From: Candidatus Saccharibacteria bacterium 49-20
Lineage (GTDB): Bacteria; Patescibacteriota; Saccharimonadia; Saccharimonadales; Saccharimonadaceae
NCBI GenBank assembly: GCA_001897295.1
Contig: MKSN01000001.1
Span: forward strand, 672,141-736,140
Direction of reading: 5' to 3'
Length of the DNA: 64,000 nucleotides
Positions within the stretch are counted from its first letter, which is position 1; every line of letters begins with the position of its first letter. The position numbers and the translations under genes are program-made. Of this stretch, positions 53,555-63,216 are shown one piece after another. Below the pieces are notes generated by a model, which worked only from the letters and a program-made list of their open reading frames with translations, made no database searches and was not told where the DNA came from.

Positions 53555-56080
53555 TTATAATTCACCCCAGGTATCGCCGATATGCACGTCGACTTTCAAA
53601 GCAATATCGAGTTCAGGTGCGATATTCTCCATGACATTTTGAAGAATTTCTGCGACCTTTTCGCCGTTCTCTTTTGGACACTCCACCAAGATTGAGTCAT
53701 GAATTTGCAGGATTTGCTCGCCTAGGTCACCGAGCTCTTCGTCAACCTTCAGCATGGCACGCTTCATAAGATCGGCTTCCGTACCCTGAATTGGCATATT
53801 AGCCGCAGCGCGCTCGGCACCCATGCGCACCATGAAGTTTGAACTCTTCACGTCTGGTGTTGGACGGCGGCGGCCATAATACGTTTCAACGTAACCTTCC
53901 ACGCGCGCCTTCTCGAGGGTGCTATCAATAAACTTTCGAATCGGTGCGCGAAGTTCGAAATACTGGTCGATAAAGTCTTTTGCCTGTGTAAATGACATAC
54001 CCGTGTTCGCCGCCAGACCGTGCGGACTCATGCCGTACAAGACGCCGAAGTTAATCACCTTTGCATCGCGCCGCTGGCTCTTCGTCACGTCATCCATCGG
54101 AATGCCGTAGACTTCACTGGCAGTTTTAGTGTGAATGTCGACGTTACCGTTAAAGTCGTTAATGAGTTTATCGTCACCAGCTAAAATGGCAGCGAGGCGC
54201 AACTCGAACTGTGAATAGTCCGCGCTTACAAGCACCTTGTCGCCGTCGGTAATAAAGGCTTCGCGAATGCGCCTTCCCTGCTCGGTGCGAATTGGAATAT
54301 TTTGCAGGTTAGGGTTGGTGCTGCTTAAACGGCCTGTTGCGGCGACATCTTGGTTAAAAGTCGTGTGAATACGATCCCACGAATCAGCAAGCTTTGGCAG
54401 TGAGTCGACATACGTGTTTTTGAGCTTCGCGAGCTCACGCGTCTTTTCGATGAGTTCAATAATTGGGTGTTGACCGCGTAGCTTATCAAGCTCAGCCTGG
54501 CCAGTACTGTAGCCCGTTTTGCCTTTTTTAATACCCGTGGTTGGAAGTTGCAACTTGGTAAATAACACCTCTGAAAGCTGCGCAGGACTCCCAATGTTAA
54601 ACTCGTAGCCTGCCATTGTATACATTTCTTGTTCAAGCTTTGCATGCTCGTCACCGAGTTCTTTACTGAGTTTTTCAAACTGGGCAGGATCGATCTTGAC
54701 GCCACGACGCTCGATAAGAAATAGCGTGTATGTGAGCGGAAAGTCGTAGTGATACGCGATGTCCGCTACCTTTGGCTCGTCTTCAAATACACGTTTTTGA
54801 CGGGCATATTCCGCACGAAGACCCGAAAGTATTTCCAGAGGATTTGTCGTGTCACTCCCCACTAAAGCCGCGACCGAGCGGTCACGTGCAAGCGGGTCAA
54901 TAAGAAACGCGCCTTGGCGTAAATCATGAACTTCCGGGAAGTGCACCGAGATATCTCGTGCGTCGAGTGCGTGGTACAGCGCCTTGACGTCGTAACTCAC
55001 TACGGTGCCCATTTCAAGCACACGCCACAGTGAGCTATCAATATCCGCAACCGGTTTTTGGTGTGCGGTTTTTCCGTCCGTAGAAACCCAAATTGTATCG
55101 TCAATCAGTTCAATCGAGATAGGGCCGTCGATAAGAAGTGGGCTTGGCCACTCGATCTCAGTAAGCGCGGCGACTTCAGGCTTCACCTCTTCAACCACTC
55201 CCCCGCCGGCCATCATGTGCTTTGGAAGGCGCTTTTCAAGTGAGGTAAACTGAAGACGCTTCAATATTGCCGCAACCTTGTTGAGGTCGGTATCGTTCAC
55301 ATCAGCGACGTCCCAGTCGAGCTTCACCGGCGCATCACACCAAATCTTACCGACTTCTTTCGTCATATACGCAAGGTCCTTACCGGCTTCAAGCTTCTTA
55401 GCGGTAGAAGGCTTAATGTCGGCAAGATGTTCATACACGCCATCGAGCGTCTGGAAATCTTGGAGTAGCTGGATGGCGGTCTTCTCGCCAATTCCCGGCA
55501 CGCCAGGTAAATTATCCGACGAGTCGCCCTTCAGTGACTTGAGGTCGAGGAACTGCTCTACGTCGATTCCATACTTTGCTTCAAACGCAGACACGTCAAA
55601 CTCTTCAAGATTTGAAAGCCCGTTTTTAATCGCAATCACCTTGGTGGTGGGGCTGATAAGTTGCAGTGCATCGAGGTCGCTGGTTAAAAGGTACGTCTCA
55701 ATTCCCTTTTCAGTTGCCTGTTCGGCAAACGCGCCAAGAATGTCGTCGGCTTCATAGTCGTCGAGTTCATAAAATGGCCAACCAAATGCATCGAGGAGCT
55801 CGTGCAAAATTGGTACCTGTGCGTAAAAGTCAGCCGGAGCAGGTTTGCGCCCCGCTTTGTACTCTGGGTAGATTTCACGGCGTTTGCGAATATTCGTTTT
55901 CGGTTTATCCCATGCAACTGCCACGTAATCTGGTTCAAGCTTCTTTATGAGCTCGATCGCAATCGATGCAAAGCCAAAGACACCGCCCGTTGGGGTGCCG
56001 TCTGGCAAAGAGAGTCCTGGCATTGCGTAATACCCGCGATAAAATACTGATTTTCCGTCGATGACCGCCAGTTTCTTCAT
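53555..56080 (-). CDS. polA: DNA polymerase I
   Basis: 841 aa with a 5'-3' exonuclease domain (YEADDILG, GDSSDNLPGVPGIGEKTA) and pol motifs A (LVSADYSQFELR), B (QRRDAKVINFGVLYG) and C (QIHDSI). Confidence 0.94.
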   Translation of the reverse strand: MKKLAVIDGKSVFYRGYYAMPGLSLPDGTPTGGVFGFASIAIELIKKLEPDYVAVAWDKPKTNIRKRREIYPEYKAGRKPAPADFYAQVPILHELLDAFGWPFYELDDYEADDILGAFAEQATEKGIETYLLTSDLDALQLISPTTKVIAIKNGLSNLEEFDVSAFEAKYGIDVEQFLDLKSLKGDSSDNLPGVPGIGEKTAIQLLQDFQTLDGVYEHLADIKPSTAKKLEAGKDLAYMTKEVGKIWCDAPVKLDWDVADVNDTDLNKVAAILKRLQFTSLEKRLPKHMMAGGGVVEEVKPEVAALTEIEWPSPLLIDGPISIELIDDTIWVSTDGKTAHQKPVADIDSSLWRVLEMGTVVSYDVKALYHALDARDISVHFPEVHDLRQGAFLIDPLARDRSVAALVGSDTTNPLEILSGLRAEYARQKRVFEDEPKVADIAYHYDFPLTYTLFLIERRGVKIDPAQFEKLSKELGDEHAKLEQEMYTMAGYEFNIGSPAQLSEVLFTKLQLPTTGIKKGKTGYSTGQAELDKLRGQHPIIELIEKTRELAKLKNTYVDSLPKLADSWDRIHTTFNQDVAATGRLSSTNPNLQNIPIRTEQGRRIREAFITDGDKVLVSADYSQFELRLAAILAGDDKLINDFNGNVDIHTKTASEVYGIPMDDVTKSQRRDAKVINFGVLYGMSPHGLAANTGMSFTQAKDFIDQYFELRAPIRKFIDSTLEKARVEGYVETYYGRRRPTPDVKSSNFMVRMGAERAAANMPIQGTEADLMKRAMLKVDEELGDLGEQILQIHDSILVECPKENGEKVAEILQNVMENIAPELDIALKVDVHIGDTWGEL

Positions 56081-56086
56081 AGCTTA

Positions 56087-56095
56087 AGTATAGCA
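56087..56095 (-). promoter_or_regulatory. extended -10 (TGCTATACT) 6 nt from the polA ATG
   Basis: The minus strand reads aaaacTGCTATACTtaagctATGaag with no SD. Confidence 0.5.
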
Positions 56096-56117
56096 GTTTT
56101 CTTGAGGTAGCTCGAGT

Positions 56118-57770
56118 TTATGCCACTCGCTCTTTATCTTCGCGTTCAAGGTGTACGTAAAGACCCGCCACAACGCGGCGTTCATGCAGCGCCATCTCTT
56201 CTGCCGTCAGCGCAGCGGTAACTCGCGCAACACCCGCGTGACCGGTTGCGAGGAAGCGCTGCATCGACTTATCAATCTCAACCCAACCGGTTGGCTTGCC
56301 CCGCTCCATCACCATTTGGCGCACCTTACTAAAGGCTGCGCGAGATTCTTTTGGCACATCCATACCCTGGCCTGGTGTTTTTCCTGAAATGACGCTTTCA
56401 ATAATGACCGCCGCAGTTGCTTCGTCAAAACGCTCCGCAAGAAGCCCCTGCACCTCAGTGCGAATAGCTTCAAACGACTCGTTGTCGTACGCTTGGGGCT
56501 CAAGAGCAGCGCTCACCGCGTCAGATTTACGAAGACGCGCTAATTCGGCGTTTGGACCCTTTGTAAGGAGCTTGCTCAGACCGCTAAATACCGCCGCATC
56601 CACGCGAAGCGCCTGATCGGGAGTTCGCACGGTTTTACGAAGGTCTTTGAGTGGGATTGGTTCACGATTTTTAGGCGTCCCGTTTTCGATAAACACGCCA
56701 AATGAATGACGCACCCAACGAAGTTCTTCTGGGTCAAGCTTGTAGGTAGGGTCGTCCAGGTACGGGCGAAGGTAGTTTGCTGTCGCTTCTACCGCAGCCT
56801 GCTTTGCGGCCGTCATGTCACCGGTCGATTTTGGGTCGAGGAAACTTGCGAGGCCAACGCGTGCGGTGCCATCGAGGCCAATACGGTCTTGAAGAAGCTG
56901 CGCAAGATGGGTGTGCGGGGGAAGATCGGAGACTACTTCCTTGCTACGAGATGGAATTGGAGTTGGCTTTGGCGCCACCGGGCGCGCACGCTCAATTGGT
57001 GTTGGTGCGGCAACCGGAGCTTCGGTATGCACTGCAACCGCGTGACTTTCTTCTGTAGGCGCGGCATCAGAACCATTCACCCTCTTCTTAAGATTTGATT
57101 CGAACATAGAGATTGCACCACCAGTCACGCCAAAGTGTGCGGCAATTTCTTTAGTTGCAACACCCCGAAGGCGGAGTGTGATTTGCTCGATAAATCGGTC
57201 GGTATTCTTGGCTGAGCGTGGTGGGTTCGCGGCAATAATTTTCGCCGCAATCGCCGCTTCATCATCAGTCTCGTTGGCTGAAATATCCTCACGCCAGTTC
57301 TCACCAAGCTTGTTCGCAAGCCATGACTCAGCGAATGGACTGAGTGTTACCACCGGAGCAAGCTCAACGCTCACAACAGGCTCAGACTCGACCACCGCCA
57401 GCTCAGCTTCAGGTGCAACCTCGTCCGCCTCAACCGCATGAAGTGTCGGTTCGGCTACCACCGCATCAGCAGGAGCCGCTACGGCGTCGTCGTCGCCCAC
57501 ACCAATCCCCTGGAGCAATCGCGTCACTTGGCTGGCCTTTTTACCAATCTTACTCGCGAGTCGTGGATCGGTTTCGCGAAGCTTATCAAGTGCCGCTTCC
57601 GCGCTCGCAAGAAGTGTCGCAAGTTCAGCAAGATGACCTACCGCAACTGTGCGTTTTGTCTCATTAAATTGCTCAATAGTCCGCTGCTCGGTTTCGGTCA
57701 ATAACCCCATCAAATCCCCTTCGCCTCTCGTTGTTTTCATCATAATACGCTGGTCAAGCGAGGCCGACAA
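56118..57770 (-). CDS. hypothetical protein with a central sigma-70 region-4/LuxR-like HTH
   Basis: RFIEQITLRLRGVATKEIAAHFGVTGGAISMFESNLKKRV resembles a region-4 type HTH, flanked by acidic and Pro-rich linkers. The C-terminal ~270 aa are unassigned. Start uncertain. Confidence 0.55.
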   Translation of the reverse strand: MSASLDQRIMMKTTRGEGDLMGLLTETEQRTIEQFNETKRTVAVGHLAELATLLASAEAALDKLRETDPRLASKIGKKASQVTRLLQGIGVGDDDAVAAPADAVVAEPTLHAVEADEVAPEAELAVVESEPVVSVELAPVVTLSPFAESWLANKLGENWREDISANETDDEAAIAAKIIAANPPRSAKNTDRFIEQITLRLRGVATKEIAAHFGVTGGAISMFESNLKKRVNGSDAAPTEESHAVAVHTEAPVAAPTPIERARPVAPKPTPIPSRSKEVVSDLPPHTHLAQLLQDRIGLDGTARVGLASFLDPKSTGDMTAAKQAAVEATANYLRPYLDDPTYKLDPEELRWVRHSFGVFIENGTPKNREPIPLKDLRKTVRTPDQALRVDAAVFSGLSKLLTKGPNAELARLRKSDAVSAALEPQAYDNESFEAIRTEVQGLLAERFDEATAAVIIESVISGKTPGQGMDVPKESRAAFSKVRQMVMERGKPTGWVEIDKSMQRFLATGHAGVARVTAALTAEEMALHERRVVAGLYVHLEREDKERVA

Positions 57771-57803
57771 GCGTAAGGAGTATCAATCTGTTACAATGAC
57801 CCT

Positions 57804-58379
57804 ATGACACATCCACACGACAACCTCAAAATTCTTGCCTTTGTTGGGCTTCCTGGCGCGGGAAAATCTACCGCCGTCGACTACTTTACCGAAAAAGGCT
57901 ACCCTAAAGTCTACTTTGGTGGCATCGTCTTTGAAGCAATGAAAGAAGAGGGTATCGAGATCACTCCTGAAAGTGAAAAAGCTTTCCGCACACGCTTCCG
58001 CGAAGAGCACGGTAAAGATGTGGTAGTAAACCGCATCGTGGATCAAATCAAACATCTTGCAGACGCAGGCCAGCATCGCGTCATCGCCGACGGCCTCTAC
58101 ACCTGGACTGAGTATAAGGTCCTCAAGAAGGCCTTTCCGGGTGAGCTTATTCTTGCGGCAGTCGTTGCACCGCGCCACCTTCGCTATCACCGCCTCGAAA
58201 ATCGTCCAGTTCGCCCATTCACCGCAAGCGAATCATACGACCGTGACATGCACGAAATCGAAAACCTTGAAAAAGGTGGTCCGATTGCAATTGCCGATCA
58301 CTACCTCGTAAACGATGGGTCGGTTGAGGCGTTCGACAAGAAACTCGACGCACTCGCTGAAGAAGTACACTTTAGTTAA
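57804..58379 (+). CDS. P-loop nucleotide/nucleoside kinase-like protein (dephospho-CoA-kinase-like fold, UPF0200-like)
   Basis: ILAFVGLPGAGKSTAVDYF Walker A. Size and layout fit small kinases. Confidence 0.65.
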   Translation: MTHPHDNLKILAFVGLPGAGKSTAVDYFTEKGYPKVYFGGIVFEAMKEEGIEITPESEKAFRTRFREEHGKDVVVNRIVDQIKHLADAGQHRVIADGLYTWTEYKVLKKAFPGELILAAVVAPRHLRYHRLENRPVRPFTASESYDRDMHEIENLEKGGPIAIADHYLVNDGSVEAFDKKLDALAEEVHFS

Positions 58380-59350
58380 GCAAGGAGCTTAAGACGCTTA
58401 CGCTCGGCCGCAGTCTTACCACCCCATACCCCATCAGGTTGGTCGGTCGCGATTGCATAATCGAGGCAGTAGAGCCGAGCAACACATTGCTCACAGACCT
58501 GCTTTGCCATACGCACAGTTGCGCGATTTGGGTTATTAAATAGTTCTGGATCCGTCTCGGTGCAATTTGCAAATTCGCCCCAGTTTAACGCGTTCGGGGT
58601 GAGGTCGTCACGGGAAATCCTTTGCGGCTGTTCTTCAATTTCGTCTACCCGTTCACTTGGGTGACGTGGCTTTAACTTCTTAAAATGATCGCCAAGCTCA
58701 TTCATCTGTGCAATCGTCTGTTCGGTTGGATAATACGAATAAAGCTGGTTATTGTACGGATTAAGCTTCACGACTGGCGTGAGTACGATGTAGCGTAATC
58801 GCCGCCTCACCCACTTTACCCCCACGCCAAGCACCGTTGCAAGCCCTTCGACCGTACTCTCATCATCACCCGCCACCGGATACGCACGCATGCGTGCATC
58901 TTCGGCTTCTAGTAACGGCAAATCATCCTCGCGACTGTAATACTCAAATAATCGGTTATTGACTGGGTTACGCTTCGTCGTGCTCTCGATATCAAAGTAG
59001 GGCAATCTCGCCGCCACCCATTTTTCATCACGATCCAAGGCGAGTGACAGGCCATTGATTGAAATATCAGATTCATCCACAACCGGGTAATCCATCAGTG
59101 CACGAAGTTCGGCTGCAAGCACATCAATAGCTTCTATCGGGTAGTAGGTTCGTAACCTCCCCTGACTATCGGGCCATTGGCGGGAAATCTCTTTGTATTT
59201 TTCAAGGCGAGGCTTTGTCCAGTCATGGGTCTTACCCAAATACTCGGCAGCCTTTCCAATCGTCATCCAGTAGTCCGGATGAAACACGTCCATAGAATTT
59301 TGCGCACCACGCTCAACGACAAAAGCGCCTTCAATCTCAGCAATACTCAC
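58376..59350 (-). CDS. WhiB-like (Wbl) Fe-S transcription factor domain fused to three N-terminal HTH-like repeats (GTG start)
   Basis: The C-terminal part reads NC-x22-C-x2-C-x5-C followed by GVWGG and a basic tail. The N-terminal 220 aa contain three ~67-aa repeats, with W44/W111/W180 and YY69/YY137/YY206 in register. Confidence 0.85.
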   Translation of the reverse strand: MSIAEIEGAFVVERGAQNSMDVFHPDYWMTIGKAAEYLGKTHDWTKPRLEKYKEISRQWPDSQGRLRTYYPIEAIDVLAAELRALMDYPVVDESDISINGLSLALDRDEKWVAARLPYFDIESTTKRNPVNNRLFEYYSREDDLPLLEAEDARMRAYPVAGDDESTVEGLATVLGVGVKWVRRRLRYIVLTPVVKLNPYNNQLYSYYPTEQTIAQMNELGDHFKKLKPRHPSERVDEIEEQPQRISRDDLTPNALNWGEFANCTETDPELFNNPNRATVRMAKQVCEQCVARLYCLDYAIATDQPDGVWGGKTAAERKRLKLLA

Positions 59351-59394
59351 AATGCCCTTATTTAGCCACCATCTGGCCCATTATGCAAGCATAA

Positions 59395-59419
59395 GAAAAA
59401 CCCAGCACACGGCTGGGTT
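59395..59419 (-). terminator. intrinsic terminator after rpoD
   Basis: The minus-strand RNA reads aacccagc-cgugu-gcuggguu-uuuc. Confidence 0.65.
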
Positions 59420-59439
59420 CTATCTTGCACTAGTGCATC

Positions 59440-60471
59440 TTAGCTCAAGTAATCGTGAAGCTTCTTTGAGTCTTTGTGTTTACGAAGCTTGGCAAGCGCC
59501 TTGGCTTCGATTTGACGGATACGCTCACGAGTCACAGCAAACTCTTGACCTACTTCTTCGAGGGTATGACTCTTGCCGTTTTCAAGACCAAAACGCATCT
59601 TGATAATTTTCTGTTCACGGTCTGAAAGTGTCGAAAGAATTTCCTGTACTTGCTCCTTAAGGAGTTGTGACGCCGCAGACTCTTCTGGAGTCGCGCTATC
59701 TTCATCCTCAATGAAGTCACGAAGCACTGAATCTTCTTCGTCACCATCACGGCCCACACCAGCATCGAGTGAAGTAATGTCCTGCTTAATCTTCATGACA
59801 TACTCAACCTTTTCTGGTTCCATTTCAAGCTCTTTTGCAAGTTCTTCAATGGTTGGTTCGCGGTTAAGTTCTTGAGTCATACGACGTTGCGTGCGGAGAA
59901 GCTTATTAATAGTTTCCACCATGTGTACTGGAATACGGATCGTACGCGCTTGGTCGGCAATGGCACGGGTAATCGCTTGGCGAATCCACCAGGTTGCGTA
60001 GGTTGAGAACTTGAATCCCTTGTCCGGGTCGAACTTTTCAACTGCGCGAAGAAGCCCCGTGTTACCTTCCTGAATAAGGTCAAGGAAGTCGAGGCCGCGG
60101 CCACTATAACGCTTCGCGATTGAAACCACGAGACGCATGTTGGCTTCAGCCATCTTGTCTTTCGCCTTCTTGTCACCGTCAACGACACGCTTTGCAAGCG
60201 CGAGTTCTTCTTCGGCGCTAAGAAGTGGGATCTTACCGATTTCACGTAGGTACAAGCGCACACTGTCGTCACTTGCATCGTCGAAGTACTGCTCTTGGCT
60301 TAGTACGTCTTCATCAGTGTCCATTTCCTCTTCTTCGAGGTCTTCGAGCGCTGGGCCGTCGAAGTCTGCAGGAAGCGTAATTTCATCAGCTACTACACCT
60401 TCAGTGGCACCTTCTTCAACAAGCGCGTCATCTTCAATAATTGGTTCTTCTTTTTTCTTACCTTTTGGCAC
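59440..60471 (-). CDS. rpoD: primary RNA polymerase sigma factor (sigma-70/RpoD)
   Basis: Acidic N-terminus, region 2 ([37 protein letters not shown]), and regions 3 and 4 ([24 protein letters not shown]). Confidence 0.94.
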   Translation of the reverse strand: MPKGKKKEEPIIEDDALVEEGATEGVVADEITLPADFDGPALEDLEEEEMDTDEDVLSQEQYFDDASDDSVRLYLREIGKIPLLSAEEELALAKRVVDGDKKAKDKMAEANMRLVVSIAKRYSGRGLDFLDLIQEGNTGLLRAVEKFDPDKGFKFSTYATWWIRQAITRAIADQARTIRIPVHMVETINKLLRTQRRMTQELNREPTIEELAKELEMEPEKVEYVMKIKQDITSLDAGVGRDGDEEDSVLRDFIEDEDSATPEESAASQLLKEQVQEILSTLSDREQKIIKMRFGLENGKSHTLEEVGQEFAVTRERIRQIEAKALAKLRKHKDSKKLHDYLS

Positions 60472-62206
60472 GAGGCATCTCCTTGATTAATTCGTTAAGA
60501 GCTTGGCGCAACCGGAGAGCCTCCGCTTCATTGCCAATATCTTCGGCTTCGCGGAGTGCATTCATCAGTGCGTCTTTCTGTTTTTGCTTGTGTTCAGTTA
60601 TTGTGAGGCGGACCAAGCGGGCTGCTTCGTGGTAACGATCTTTGTCGTCCCACTCCCCGTATCGTGTATCGGCCTTTAATAGTAATATTTTGACATAGGT
60701 GTCGTAATCTTGCAACTCTTTAGGGATGGCCTGAACCGCCTCGATGCTGCGTCGTGTGTAGCGAAGCACCTCTTTACGCTCGTCGGTTGCGAGCATATCT
60801 TCCGTCACTTCCGCTAAGAGTTCGCGCACAGCAGGGTCAATCAAGGCGAGCGCAAGCATACTATCCTGGTGTGCCGCCGGGTCTTGCTTTACTTCCTCCG
60901 CAAGGTGCACTGGCTTCAGGTCACGGGGTCTCTCAACTTCGGTCGTGGTATCGAGCTTCTCCTTCACCGTCCCAAGCGAGGTTGAGGTATAGGCAGCAAT
61001 CTTTTGCATAAAGTGTTCCTGCTCAACAGGGTCTTGAAGGGCGCGCACAACCGCAAGTGCCGCAGTTGTGAACCGTCGCTTGCCTATTGGCGCCGTCATA
61101 TCTTCACGCTTCGTATACTGCGTAAGGAGCCAGTCGACGACATTCTCCGAGGTATCGATTGCCTTTTGCCAAAGTGCAAGGTCCTTCTGAATGAGTTCAT
61201 CCGGGTCTTTCACACCTTCGGGAAGGCTAATAATTGTAAGGTCTACACCCACTGCCTGTGCAATCGGAATCGCCCGTTCAGTCGCAGCTAGTCCTGCCGC
61301 GTCACCGTCAAACGCCAACCTTACATTCGGGCTAAGGCGAACCAATGCCTTAAGGTGTGATTCGGTCATAGCAGTACCCGCCGTCGCCACCACCTGAGTT
61401 ACACCCGCCTGATGGCTACTGACGACGTCGAGGTTGCCCTCAACGATCACCGCATAGTCACTTTTACGAATTGCATCTTTTGCTTGGCTCAACCCAAAGA
61501 CGTGGCGGCTCTTGTTGTACAGCGGAGTCTCTGGGGTGTTCAGATATTTAGGCGCATTCGGCTCATCGGCCAAGATACGACCCGTAAAGCCAATCACCTG
61601 CCCTGATGCATCCATCAGCGGCACCATCATACGCCCCCTAAAAAGGTCACCGCCAAAGCGATTTGTTAGCCCGCCTAGTGCAAGCTCTTGCTTAGAAAAG
61701 CCCTTCTTGGTTAAGAATTGTACGAGCGCATCCCCCGCATCGGGTGCGTACCCAATCTGAAAGGTTTGGACAATTTCTTTGCTCAAACCGCGCTTTTTAA
61801 ATACATACTCAAGCGCAGGAGTGTTTTGAAGCAAACTCTGCTGATAATACTTTGCTGCGAGTTGATGCGCTTCGAGCAAGCGACGCTTTTGCCGTGCAAG
61901 TTCTTGCCCACCCTTCGAGTCGTACGCCGACAAGTCCACGCCGGCACGTTGCGCAAGTAGTTCAAGCGCTCCGCGAAAATCAATTCCTTCAACTTCCATC
62001 ACGAAGCTAAATACGTCACCGCCCTTATTTGATGAAAAGTCATGCCAAATGTTTTTTTCTGGGCTCACGATGAAGCTTGGCGTTTTCTCGCCCGAGAAAG
62101 GACTTAAGCCCTTGAAGTTGCGCCCAGCACGTTTAAGCTGCACGTATTCACTCACCACGTCTTCGATATTGAGGCGGGCTCGTATTTCTTCCTTGGCATC
62201 CTGCAT
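60458..62206 (-). CDS. dnaG: DNA primase
   Basis: Zinc-ribbon region ([26 protein letters not shown]) and TOPRIM domain ([12 protein letters not shown]...FDGDAAG). Overlaps the rpoD start by 14 nt. Confidence 0.93.
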   Translation of the reverse strand: MQDAKEEIRARLNIEDVVSEYVQLKRAGRNFKGLSPFSGEKTPSFIVSPEKNIWHDFSSNKGGDVFSFVMEVEGIDFRGALELLAQRAGVDLSAYDSKGGQELARQKRRLLEAHQLAAKYYQQSLLQNTPALEYVFKKRGLSKEIVQTFQIGYAPDAGDALVQFLTKKGFSKQELALGGLTNRFGGDLFRGRMMVPLMDASGQVIGFTGRILADEPNAPKYLNTPETPLYNKSRHVFGLSQAKDAIRKSDYAVIVEGNLDVVSSHQAGVTQVVATAGTAMTESHLKALVRLSPNVRLAFDGDAAGLAATERAIPIAQAVGVDLTIISLPEGVKDPDELIQKDLALWQKAIDTSENVVDWLLTQYTKREDMTAPIGKRRFTTAALAVVRALQDPVEQEHFMQKIAAYTSTSLGTVKEKLDTTTEVERPRDLKPVHLAEEVKQDPAAHQDSMLALALIDPAVRELLAEVTEDMLATDERKEVLRYTRRSIEAVQAIPKELQDYDTYVKILLLKADTRYGEWDDKDRYHEAARLVRLTITEHKQKQKDALMNALREAEDIGNEAEALRLRQALNELIKEMPRAKR

Positions 62207-62212
62207 AGCTAT

Positions 62213-62221
62213 AGTATACCA
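62213..62221 (-). promoter_or_regulatory. extended -10 (TGGTATACT) 6 nt from the dnaG ATG
   Basis: The minus strand reads agTGGTATACTatagctATGcag with no SD. Confidence 0.5.
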
Positions 62222-62259
62222 CTCTTTACCTCTGTTATTGATTATGCTTAAATGGGGTC

Positions 62260-62871
62260 ATGAATCCCCAAAATGGACAGACTCCACTCGACTATCTCAA
62301 CCAGATATCGCCAGCCACTCAAAAGAAGCCTCTCTTCGCGTTGAATCTTAAAACTATCATCCTCGGCGCACTTGTCGTACTCGTACTCATTATCATCTTA
62401 GTAAACATCGGTAACGGCCTTGCTGCAGCGCGCAAAGAGCCATGGGAAACCTACGCCGCCCGCCTCGCGGCAACCAGTGAAATCGTCGATAGCTCAAGTG
62501 GCAAAATTAAGAACTCACAGCTCCGTTCACTCAACAGTGACCTGAAGCTCTACATCACCAATACCCAGCGTGACCTTGCCGAACCCCTCAAAGGCCTGAG
62601 TATTAACACTGCGAAGCTTCCAAAGTCGGTTACTGCAAAAGAAAGTAGTGCAAAAGCGCTCGAACGCCTTGAAGATGGACGACTCAACGCCAAGTACGAC
62701 AGTACCTACGCCCGCGAGATGAGCTACCAACTCGCAACAACCCTAGCGCTCCTTCAACAGCTCTATAAATCAAACGTGACACCAAAAACAAAAGCCTTTC
62801 TTGAAGACTCTTACAAGAATCTCGCCCCTACCTATAAGGCGATCTCTGAATTTAGCGCATCAAACGAATAA
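62260..62871 (+). CDS. hypothetical membrane-anchored helical protein
   Basis: One TM (IILGALVVLVLIIILV), then a helical ectodomain. No motif recognised. Confidence 0.6.
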   Translation: MNPQNGQTPLDYLNQISPATQKKPLFALNLKTIILGALVVLVLIIILVNIGNGLAAARKEPWETYAARLAATSEIVDSSSGKIKNSQLRSLNSDLKLYITNTQRDLAEPLKGLSINTAKLPKSVTAKESSAKALERLEDGRLNAKYDSTYAREMSYQLATTLALLQQLYKSNVTPKTKAFLEDSYKNLAPTYKAISEFSASNE

Positions 62872-63207
62872 TTATTCGGTAACAAGACGGTAGCTAAGGC
62901 GCGCGAGGTCTTTAATCTCGTCGTCATTGAGCTGTCCGGTGCAAATGATAGTGTTCCAGTGGTTCTTATTTAGGTGGTAGCCAGGAAGCACGCTCTCGTA
63001 CTTCTCACGAAGATTCTTGGCAAGCTGCGGGTCACACTTTAGGCTGACGCGGAGCGGATTACTACCATCGGCTATAATCGCGAACAACTTTCCTTCACCA
63101 GTTTCTTTGTGTCCCACTTTATAGACGCTCGTGCCTTCACCGAATGGAAAATCAAGCCAAGTGTTTGGAAAAGTCAGTAAATATTCTTCAAGTTCTTTGT
63201 GGTTCAT
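62872..63207 (-). CDS. MmcQ/YjbR family protein
   Basis: 111 aa; PFGEGTSVYKV...LFAII...VSLKCDP...PGYHLNKNHWNTI is typical of the YjbR fold family. Confidence 0.75.
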   Translation of the reverse strand: MNHKELEEYLLTFPNTWLDFPFGEGTSVYKVGHKETGEGKLFAIIADGSNPLRVSLKCDPQLAKNLREKYESVLPGYHLNKNHWNTIICTGQLNDDEIKDLARLSYRLVTE

Positions 63208-63216
63208 AGCCCTATT

